Shown here: piece by piece, positions 1 through 10,079 of the stretch
How the letters are laid out: each line of letters begins with the position of its first letter
Position numbering within the stretch: the first letter of the stretch is position 1
Source: Octopus sinensis
Lineage: Eukaryota
NCBI RefSeq assembly: GCF_006345805.1
Contig: NC_043010.1
Span: 67,208,001 to 67,272,000, forward strand
Length of the DNA: 64,000 bases
Reading direction: 5' to 3'
Notes under the pieces: model-generated
Database searches by the model: none
What the model saw: the letters and a program-made list of their open reading frames with translations, nothing else
What the model was told of the DNA's origin: nothing
Made by a program: the position numbers and the translations under genes

Positions 1-224
1 TTGGGCCAAAAATCTAGAACCATTAATATTTTCTTATTATTAAGACTATTAAATATCCATTCATACACACAACAGAAAAAAAATGTAGTCAAATAAATGG
101 GAATGGACAAAAGGAATGTTATATTAAAATTAGGTGAGGTTAGAGATGTTATGCAAAGAATAATTAGACATGTTAAAAACTTGATATAATTAAACACAGA
201 ATAGACAGATAATAATTTAAACAC

Positions 225-503
225 ATTCTGTTGAGTCTGGGGAGAGTCATTTTCTTTTTGTGCCTTATAATTTAACAAACACACTGGTAAAATTTCCACT
301 TATTTCGTCTTTTTATTTTCCTAAAATTTTCGTTGTGTCTTGCAACCTTTTCAATAGTCTTGAGTCATGACTATTGAAAAGGTTGCAAGACACAACGAAA
401 ATTTTAGGAAAATAAAATTAAGAAATAAGTGGAAATTTTACCGGTGAGTGTGTTAAATCATAAGGCACAAAAAGAAAATGACTCTCCCCAGACACAACAG
501 AAT
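225..503. repeat. Long palindrome (about 135-bp arms, 9-nt spacer) of a dispersed repeat
   Basis: The arm ...ttttcgttgtgtcttgcaaccttttcaatagtc (to 359) is mirrored by gactattgaaaaggttgcaagacacaacgaaaa... (from 369). One arm recurs alone at about 44460-44560. Confidence 0.85.
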
Positions 504-739
504 ATGCTTCAACACATGAACTCACATAAACAATCTTGCAAACCAAATCCCAAAATCAAAATAAAAACACAGACAACAATATTTTTTTAAAGAATGGTAT
601 AATTTACAAGAACATTAGATAAAGTAACCCACCCATCATACATTTATAGAAGCATCATTGAAGGTCAAAACCTAAAAGACCAGGGCAGGGAGAGAAGCAA
701 GGAATAAACAGCTCAATGTTGAGAACAGTAGAGAGAAGA

Positions 740-1045
740 GCCATTCGAGTGTGGTTGTTGCCAGTGCCATCTGACTGGCTCCTGTGCTGGTGGCACATAA
801 AAAGCACCATTCAAGCATGTTTGATGGCAGTACCACCTGACTGGCCCTCATGCCGGTGGCACGTAAAAAGCACCCACTACATTCTCGGAGTAGTTGCTAT
901 TAGGTAGGGCATTCAGCTGTAGAAACCTTGCCAGAGAATATTGGAGCCTGGTACAGCCTTCTGGTTCACCAGTCCTCAGTCAAACCGTCCAACCTATGCC
1001 AGCATGGAAAGCGGACGTTAAACGATGATGATGATGACGATGACA
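740..1045 (+). mobile_element. Short retroposon family C (ggaagggcatccagc core, (GAT)n tail)
   Basis: Ends in aacctatgccagcatggaaagcggacgttaaacgatgatgatg. The same body occurs at more than 10 other places in the window. Confidence 0.8.
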
Positions 1046-1425
1046 TACATAAATGTATGTATACACACACACACACACACACACACAGATAGGACACACA
1101 AACTATGGACTCCAAGGAAATTAAACTTGATGATGGTGGTTTGTGTCAGCAGAATGTTATGCAGAGAAGATCGTGAGATATGATAAGTTTATATGTCAAT
1201 GGGAGAAATAGAATTTGATATTTCAGGACAGACCCGAGGGAAAAAAGATAATTTTTAAAAATCAAGATTAAATTTGTTTTTTTTTCTTTTTCTTTCAGAC
1301 AAAATGGTCTGTCCCAAAATGCCAGTTTTCTCTTCGATTCCTTTTCGCATTATATAAAATTACCAAAACTCCTGAACATTAATGTATAGACATAGGCACG
1401 GCTGTGTGGTAAGTAGCTTGTGGTA

Positions 1426-1624
1426 AGGTGGCGAGCTGGCAGAAACGTTAGCACGCCGGGTGAAATGCTTAGCAGTATTTCGTCTGTCGCTACATTCTGA
1501 GTTCAAATTCCGCCAAGGTTGACTTTGCCATTCAACCTTTCGGGGTTGATTAAATAAGTACCAGTTACACAACTGGGGTTGATGTAATCAACTTAATCCG
1601 TTTGTCTGTCCTTGTTTGTCTCCT
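1426..1624 (+). mobile_element. tRNA-derived SINE family A
   Basis: A-box-like tggcagaaacgttag, B-box gagttcaaattcc, core gactttgcc..tcggggttgattaaataagtaccag. Confidence 0.85.
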
Positions 1625-1894
1625 CTGAGTTACATTTGAATCACTTTCATAAACACCTGAGTTACATTTGAACCACATTCATAAACACCTGGATTACATT
1701 TGAATCACTTTCATAAACACCTGAGTTACATTTGAACCCCATTCATAAACACCTGAGTTACATTTGAATCACTTTCATAAACACCTGAGTTACATTTGAA
1801 CCCCATTCATAGACACCTGGGTTACATTTGAATCACTTTCATAGACACCTGGGTTACATTTGAATCACATTCATAAACACCTGAGTTACATTGA
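1625..1894 (+). repeat. 32-bp minisatellite, about 8.5 copies, alternating variants
   Basis: Unit ctgagttacatttgaatcactttcataaacac at 1625, 1657, 1689, etc. It starts where the SINE A tail breaks off. Confidence 0.9.
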
Positions 1895-2523
1895 TACTAA
1901 GCAAGGTCTCTAGAAACACGTGATTAGTAAGAGGTAATATGTAGCTCCAGATTCCTGGTTTTTAAATATAGGTGAGATGTGTGTGATAGGTGATATCTCA
2001 GACTTGATGCTGGTTCCCATAAAGAGTTCAATAAACTGCAGCAGATAGAATTAACCTTCTCGCACCTGGGAACCTATGTCTAACTGTACCTTCCACCTGG
2101 ACTCCTGAGCAAAAAAATAAATAGCGGCATATACAGTCAAAGAGTAACAAATTGCAAGCAAAATAATTGACAGAATCACAAAAACATTCAAGACGATAAC
2201 AATAACAGGCTTATCTCTTAACTCTTATATTTCTTCGCCCAAATCGCTAATTTCCTCATCATGTTTGCCAGTTTGATTGTCCGAATTACTCTCACTGATT
2301 GTGTAAGGTTAAAATCTTTGAAGAACAAACATTATCAATAATTTCTTCAATTGTAAAGAATCCAGGCTTTTCTCATTTACAAGACAAAGTACGGTGTTCA
2401 TTGCAAAATCGTTTTATTTTTTTATTTTTCAATTAAAGACAAAAATAAACAACAGCTCTGGCGGGGGTTATTCACAATGAGTCTCAAATACATTTTGACT
2501 ACAAATACATTTTGACTAAACAT

Positions 2524-2865
2524 ACTGACCAGATTTGGTCTCTCACACTTACCCTACAATATAATTCTGAAAATAAACAATTGCATCACCAAAATCTCAA
2601 AGTTACAAGATAATGCATGACTAGTTCTTATCAATGTGAATAATTAAGTATTACATTTGACAGAAAAATCTAAATGTTACAGAGTTAAACAATACCTGCT
2701 TAGTTAATAAACACCATCTGTATATACTGGGTTCCATTCACAGGAGCCTGTGCTTCTGTAAAAAAACTTGTATTAGATACCTGGTCATGGAATCTCAGAA
2801 CCTAAGAATGCCATTTTCACAGACTTCTGTCATCAAACTAAAAAGTAATTAAAGAAAAATCTGTA
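2524..2865 (+). repeat. Local direct duplication of 6325-6667
   Basis: About 340 bp, near-identical, including the unique flank beyond the MITE end. Confidence 0.9.
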
Positions 2866-2944
2866 ACAGATGAACAACATGATCAGTCATCTAGTTTTAG
2901 TATTTTATTTAATTTTTCTATGCGTGTTGGACGTTACTGTATGT

Positions 2945-3170
2945 GGAGGTACACGGCTTAGTGGTTTGGGTGTTGGACTCGTGATCATAAGATTGTGGTT
3001 TCGATTCCTGAACCAGGCAACGTGTTGTGTTCTTGAGCAACACACTTCATTTCTCATTGCTCCAGTTCACTCAGCTGGCCAAAATGAGTAATCCTGCAAA
3101 GGACTAGCATCCTGTCCAGGTGGGAAATATATACACTATGAAACTGAGAAACTGGGTCTTGTGAGTTGGT
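2945..3170 (+). mobile_element. tRNA-derived SINE family D
   Basis: Head ggcttagtggtt...gtttcgattcc, then gttcttgagcaa..gctccagttcactcagctg. Related copies at 20899-21533, 60470-60695 and 63205-63335. Confidence 0.75.
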
Positions 3171-3257
3171 ATGATACAAGAATATGTAGCATTAGCAGGG
3201 CAGTTGAATTACTTCGCCTCAGCATAGCAGCACATTGGTGCCGCATTCCTCTGGTCT

Positions 3258-3485
3258 TTAACCCTTTCGTTACCAACCCGGCTGAAACCGGCCCTGGCTC
3301 TGAGTACAAATGTCTTATTTTCATAAGTTTTGAATTAAAATCTTCCACCAAACCCTAGTCTCAATTTATGTTCCTAAGACTTGCTGAATGATAACCAAGT
3401 TATTTTACTAAATTCTTTGTTATATTTAAAGTAATTGAAAGAAACACAGAGCATCTCAAAATAAATATGGCAATGAAAAGGTTAA
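3258..3485. mobile_element. piggyBac-type MITE (family MITE-A)
   Basis: TTAA|CCCTTTCGTTAC ... caatgaaaagg|TTAA, about 220 bp. TTAA flanks with CCC/GGG termini are piggyBac hallmarks. Confidence 0.8.
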
Positions 3486-3739
3486 ACGTTAGCGGCAGAG
3501 GAATACACATGACAACTTCTGCCCAGAGTAACAGCTCGTGCTTTTCAAAGGTGTTTTATCCAGTCGATGCCTAAATGTCAGAATGTTAACATCTGGTCCC
3601 CTTTTTGTTGCTGCTTTGCTTTATCCCATTTATTGTAGTTCGTCTAGCTTGACAAGCTGTGGGATTTCTACCACGCCTCACAACCACTTCAAAACTTATT
3701 GGATATTTTAGATTTGCAGCCAAGTACCGGAGCTAACTA

Positions 3740-4143
3740 CTCTTTTACTCTTTTACTTGTTTCAGTCATTTGACTGCGGCCATGTTGGAGCACCGCCTTT
3801 TAGTCGAGCAAATCGACCCCGGGACTTATTCTTTGTAAGCCCAGTACTTATTCTATCGGTCTCTTTTTGCCGAACCGCTAAGTGACGGGGACGTAAGCAC
3901 ACCAGCATCGGTTGTCAAACAATGCTAGGGGGACAAACACAGACACACAAACACATACACACACACATATATATATACATATATACGACAGGCTTCTTTC
4001 AGTTTCCGTCTACCAAATCCACTCACAAGGCATTGGTCAGCCCGGGGCTATAGCAGAAGACACTTGCCCAAGATGCCACGCAGTGGGACTGAACCCGGAA
4101 CCATGTGGTTGGTTAGCAAGCTACTTACCACACAGCCACTCTA
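3740..4143 (-). mobile_element. tRNA-derived SINE family B (CORE-like), young full-length copy
   Basis: Reverse complement: ggctgtgtggtaagtagc..gggttcagtccc..cttgggcaagtgtcttc..., internal (CA)n, tail (aaagagt)n. Near-identical to 41391-41720. Confidence 0.85.
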
Positions 4144-4489
4144 ACTCATGCCTCCTACAAAGCTTATCTCTGTTTTGCCTGCTACTTCATGTGTGAGTAA
4201 GGAATAAATTACGTTTGTGAACCAAAAGCATTACCTTCTGATCTTAATCGTTACCTTTATGTAAAACATGCATTTATACGTTTCAAACCTTCTTACATGC
4301 ACACATCTAAATATATTTCCTAAACTGGTAATGCCCAGCTCTTAATTTACTGCTTGTTACAAATGTAACTTTACCTTATTCCCTGTATACAAGGAACATG
4401 GCACGATATGGTTAACAGGCCTGCCTAAAGACTAAACTAAATACCCAGGGTGGGGTTTGGTAGGCATCTTTTCCTCATCATCCTCATCA

Positions 4490-4685
4490 TCATCATCATC
4501 ATTTAGCGTCCGTTTTCCATGCTAGCATGGGTTGGACGGTTTAACTGGGGTCTGTGAAGCCGGAAGGCTTCATCAGGCCCAGTCAGATTTGGCAGTGTTT
4601 CTACGGCTGGATGCCCTTCCTAACGCCAACCACTCTGTGAGTGTAGTGGGTGCTTTTTACGTGCCACCTGCACAGGTGCCAAAAA
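4490..4685 (-). mobile_element. Short retroposon family C
   Basis: (cat)n-gtttagcgtccgttttccatgctagcatgggttggacgg...ctggatgcccttcct. Confidence 0.8.
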
Positions 4686-5307
4686 TATGTATTGAAAGCT
4701 TATGGCTAGTTAGAAGAAATTTAACAGTATTTATGGCACCAGTATTCAGCCAGTGTGAAGGGGAAAGATTTATATTTATAAAGTTTATAAAATAAAAGCA
4801 AAACATCAAAGTAATTCTAAACATACACAATAACATGAAAATAAATCAACATCAAACAAAACATGTAAAAAAAAAAAAATTAAAATCACAGCCAAGATTA
4901 TAATTTCAAAAGGAAAAAAAATACATATATAAAAAAATTCATCCTTACTTTTTTTGTCCTTGAAGATTGAGTACTCGGTAAAAGAACAATCCAATTTTTA
5001 ATTTTGGGCTAAAATGGTAGAACTTTCCACAAACATCCGTCTTGAGATTGACTTGAAGCTTGATTTCTCATCAAAAGAATTGTCCATTATAAATAATTTT
5101 TCACTGCCTCGTCTAAAATTCTTCAAAATCAATTCTCTTCATTCTCAATTAGAAGGAAAACAAACATCCTACAGCTGAAGTCTTTGAGTAGTTTCTTCTT
5201 TCATTTCTTTTATCATTAGATATTCTCTTCAGAATGTGTGTGTGTAGGCACACACACACACACGCACATATATATGTATATATGTATGATGATGATATAT
5301 ATATATA

Positions 5308-5356
<49 letters not shown>

Positions 5357-5488
5357 CATCAAAATCATATGGAATACAGGGAATGGAGAATAAAATAATT
5401 TATTCAAACATTGCTTGAAGTTCAATTTTTCTCTTATTTTTCTTAATTGCCTTTCATTCTATTTTCCATATTTCAATAAACTTTCTAG

Positions 5489-5503
5489 AATTTCCATCTA
5501 AAA
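5489..5503 (+). other. Candidate 15-nt microexon (host gene unidentified)
   Basis: 65-nt pyrimidine-rich tract with CTTAAT (5442) and TTGC (5447), then ctttctag|AATTTCCATCTAAAA|gtaagt. Confidence 0.35.
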
Positions 5504-6086
5504 GTAAGTAGGCTTAGCAATTATCCCTTATCCTATATACATTATCTTTTGGGTTTTTTTGGTCTTCTTTTATCATATCTTCATTGAATTGTTTAGTGTT
5601 AAATCCTACGTACAATTTCCTTTGGTAACATCTATTATCTTAATCTATGAGCTTGACTGCTATCTTTTTCACCATAGCCCAGTCAGTTTCTTGCTTTTAG
5701 ATATTACAAGACCAGTCTTCGATTTCTTTCTGTTGATGAAATATTGGGAGTGGGGTGAAAGAAAGAAACAAGATTCATCTGTTGTTGGAGTGAGAGTGAG
5801 AGAGAGACAAGGGGGTGGCGGTGGAAGTGAAGAATAGCAAGTGTTTTTTTTCAATGAAAAACTGCTGTCAGATTTTCTCTGTTTCATAGTTCCTGCAAGT
5901 ATTGTCCTTGTATTGAATGAATGTGTAAATATTGTATGTGTGTGTGAGTGTGTAGAGAACACTGATGGTGCAAGTGAACCTGTGAATGTTGGTGTGCTAG
6001 TGAAATCATGTAGTGATGGTGGTGGCGTGCACATGTAGAGATGAATTTGAACATATGCAAACATGCAGATGTGATGAATGTCTTAC

Positions 6087-6098
6087 CTTCAGACACAC
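6087..6098 (-). other. Candidate 12-nt microexon (host gene unidentified)
   Basis: Minus strand: tgttttgttgattgattatag|GTGTGTCTGAAG|gtaaga, with TGCATG 20 nt downstream (6062-6067). Confidence 0.35.
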
Positions 6099-6261
6099 CT
6101 ATAATCAATCAACAAAACATAACAGGATATGCAATATCCGAACCATTTGTTTCTCTTTTGTTACTGTGGGCGGTACCGTTTTTTTTTTTTTAAATTTCCT
6201 TTTTAAAGAACTACAGGAACACAAACTTAGACATTACACTACCCAGCAACAATGATACACA

Positions 6262-6489
6262 TCAACCCTTTAGCATTTAATCCGGCCACGTCCAGCCAAA
6301 ATACTCTCCCCGTTTTATCTTCAAACTGACCAGATTTGGTCTCTCACACTTACCCTACAATATAATTCTAAAAATAAACAATTGCATCACCAAAATCTCA
6401 AAGCTACAAGATAATGCATGACTAGTTCTTATCAATGTGAATAAATAATTATTACATATGACAGAAAAATCTAAGTGTTACAGAGTTAA
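6262..6489. mobile_element. piggyBac-type MITE (family MITE-B)
   Basis: ccctttagcatt ... tgttacagag|ttaa. Related copies at about 23640-24130, 29995-30120 and 34490-34965. Confidence 0.7.
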
Positions 6490-7127
6490 ACAATGCCTGC
6501 TTAGTTAATAAACACCATCTGTATATACTGGGTTCCATTCACAGGAGCCAGTGCTTCTGTAAAAAAAACTTGTATTAGATACCTGGTCATTGAATCTCAG
6601 AACCTAAGAATGCTATTTTCACAGACTTCTGTCATCAAACTAAAAAGTAATTAAAGAAAAATCTGTATAATTATTATCTGTACACAAAATATATATCTGT
6701 TATTAATGGACAGACACTGTCATCATTTATGATGAACAGATGTACTTATTGCTTAATTAATGAACTGTAACCTAAGTGGCTGAGGGCTCCAGACACTTGT
6801 ACCCTTAATGTAATCCTCTGGCAGACTCTACATGACAAAGCTGGGTGCTCAAAATACAGGAAAAACCCTCTGGTGGACTTCTGCATAGATTTTATTGTCT
6901 ACCCAGGCTTCAGTCAAACCAAAGCCAAAGTAGAAGAAAGACTGTAGTCTCCAAGGTGCCGTGCAGCAGGATTGATCTTTGAACCAAATGATGGCAACAC
7001 AAGTTTGCTATCTATGTGGTTATGTGCCCATGAATATGTGTGTGGTTAACACCCCCACGCATACACATATATACAAACACATATACACATTATTCAACTC
7101 CTCAGAGCATCCCAGTTGGTTTGTTCT

Positions 7128-7164
<37 letters not shown>

Positions 7165-8559
7165 ATGATACATCTTCAAAGGACCACAAAAATTAATAAC
7201 AAAACACTTGAAACAATGTCATAGTTTAAAGAAGAAATATGAAATTAAAAATTAAAATTTCATATCAGCTACAAGCCCATAGCCAACATCTTAACTTTCC
7301 TTCATGTCAAACCTTTCTATTATTACATACCATTTCGATAATGAATTCGCTCTGTTTTGTTGTTGATTTTTTTTTTTTTTTTCACATTATCTAAATTTCA
7401 AAGTAACCAGAATGATGACGATGATGATGATGATGATGATGACGACAACAATAATAATAAATAATAATAATAAATAATAATTATAATAATAATAATAATG
7501 ATGATAATGATAATAATAATGATGATGATGCACAATTGGAAAAAGTGCTGTATGTTATGTAATAAAAAAACATAGATTGATTTTGAATTTTTCATTTTCT
7601 ACTTTTGAACCTGAAGAATATGGATGTACAGTTGAAATGGAAATACTGTTCAGTTTAATAAAACAAAGTTCAATCTGTATTTTATTACATAACGTATTGC
7701 GCTCTTCTAATTGCATATTTTTATCTTTGTGAAGAATTTCATCAGTCTTCATAAATTAATGATAATAAAAATAAGAAGAGACGGAAAAAGAAGTGCAGCA
7801 ATAACAAAAACAGCAACAACAACAACAACAACAACAACGACGAGGAGGAGGAGGAAAAAGAAGGAAGATGAGATGTGGCATAGGCCCGATGTAATAAATT
7901 AACGGTGGGAGAGGGGGGGAGGGCAATGTCAAACGAGGGCTCTGTGCAGTTTATACCATTCTACAGGAGTATTAAGTTCAGTTGTACTGATAGAGTATTT
8001 GGGAGATGCAATGAACATCACAACTACCCATTAAAAAAAAAAAAATAATAATAATAATAATAATAATAATGATGATGATGTTGGTACTGCTGGTGATGAT
8101 GATGATGACGATGAGCAAAAAAAGTGGCCTTGGTATTGAGAAGCCATGTTTCTTTTCTAAATAAACCCAATATTTATTCATGGATCTTCCAGGACCAACC
8201 TTTCTGCTGACGGGTTAAAAATATCTGAATCACAAAAATTGAAACAAATAATAATAATAATATTTGCCACATCCGCAATGTTTGCTACGGTTGCTGCGTA
8301 TCTTCATCACAGACATCACCATCACCATCATCACTGTCATTGTCATTATCCTTATTATTACTAGCATTCAAAAGCGATAAGGAAGAAAAGTTGGTGAGGG
8401 GGGAGGCGGGTAGAATATTTGTCGGAGAGGTAGAGCTGTACAGTTCTTTATCAAAGAGCTAAATTTTAGGAATCTGAAGGAAACGGCAAAAAAAAAAAAA
8501 AAAAAAAGAAAGAAAGAAAGAGCCTGTGGTGCTACAATAGAGCAAGTCATTGGGGGGGA

Positions 8560-8979
8560 AAAGGTTAAAACATAACAAAACATAATTATTTCTACTCTAG
8601 GTACAAGGCCTTGAAAATTATGGGGAAAAGGGGGCCTAGTCAATTATATTGACCCCAGTGTGTAACTGGTACTTATTTCATCGACCTCGAAAGGATGAGA
8701 GGCAAAGTCGACCTCAGTGGAATCAAAACAAAACAAATAATAATAATAATAATGATAATGATGATAATAATCCTTCCTACTAAAGGCACAAGGTCTGAAA
8801 TTTGGGGGGAGGGGACTAGTCGATTACATTGACCCCCCCAGTGTTTCACTGGTACTTAATTTATCGACCCTGGAAGGATGAAAGGCAAAGTTGACCCCAG
8901 CAAAATTTGAACTCAGAATGCGAATACCGCAAAACATTTTGTCCAACATATGCTAACAATTCTGCCAGCTCACCACCTT

Positions 8980-9036
<57 letters not shown>

Positions 9037-9250
9037 GGTTCTAATAATGGCACAAGACCAGAAATTCAGGAGGAGAGTGTTAGTGAACTGAATCAACACC
9101 AGTATTTAATTGGTACTTCATTTCATAGACCTTTGAGAGGAAAAATGTCAAAGCTAGTTTTAGTAGTATTTGAACTCAGAATGTAGAAGAACACAACTAA
9201 GTAACTAAGTACTCTGTGGCATCTTGTCTGATGTACCACCATTGCTGCCA
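8560..9250 (-). mobile_element. Stack of three decayed SINE A copies separated by (AAT)n tails
   Basis: Repeated ggcacaag..ctggtactt..gaaggatgaaaggcaaag..gaactcaga blocks. Confidence 0.75.
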
Positions 9251-10079
9251 GAGGCAGAATTGTTAGAGTGACAAAGTATCTCATAGTGCTTTTATGTTCT
9301 GGTCATCAACTTTTGCTTTTTATCCCCTTTTCCGGTCAATAAAATAAAATGCCATTTAAGTACCAGTGCTGATACAATCAACAGTTCACTTCCCCTCACA
9401 AAATTGTTATGCCTTATGACTATGTAAGAATCACTATTGTATTCATTATTATTACTTGCTGTGAAATAGTTTGGATGTATTTTTAACCATGCTGAATAAG
9501 TTTCTCTGTTAAAATCATTGTTTTTGCCTGTTTGATATTGTTTTATGAGTAAAATTTTTAATTCTAATTTGTTATTAAGAGCATCAGGAATCTTATGGCT
9601 AGTGTTTTGTGGTTGCTTTTGCTCCTTGAGGGATAATATTTTACTCCCCACCCAAAAAAATGCTCAGTTAGTATTAGAAAAAAATCTGTATATAAGACAG
9701 CATCAACAATGCCCATCATAAAAATATTGAAAGGGAAAACCCTTTCTCTCGCCAGCTCACAGTTGAACACTTCCAACTCCTTCCTACACTCACTCCACTG
9801 AAAAGTGATTGCAAGTCAACTGGCAAAGGCAGTGGTAATGATAACAACAAAGTAAAGATGAAAAGGAACCTAAAAAACTGGGGAAAAAAATACCCAGAAA
9901 ACACACAAATCATCTTACCTCATATCAAAACACACACACACAAACCAGAAAACACGGAAAATGTGCTCATGAAAAATACAATCATATTGACATCAACCCC
10001 ACCAGCATCACAATCATCAACAGACCCATTGCTTCAACTACCAATACCACCGACACTACCACAACCACCCAGTAGGCTT

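Noticed and set aside
1270-1330. Strong plus-strand acceptor (ttttctttcag|acaaaATGG)
   Set aside because: No sustained ORF or donor follows, and the context looks like repeat sequence.
2180-2460. Minus-strand acidic fragments (FFTIEEIIDNV, DEEISDLGEE) resembling a piggyBac transposase N-terminus
   Set aside because: Too short and interrupted to support a call, and no TIR was identified.
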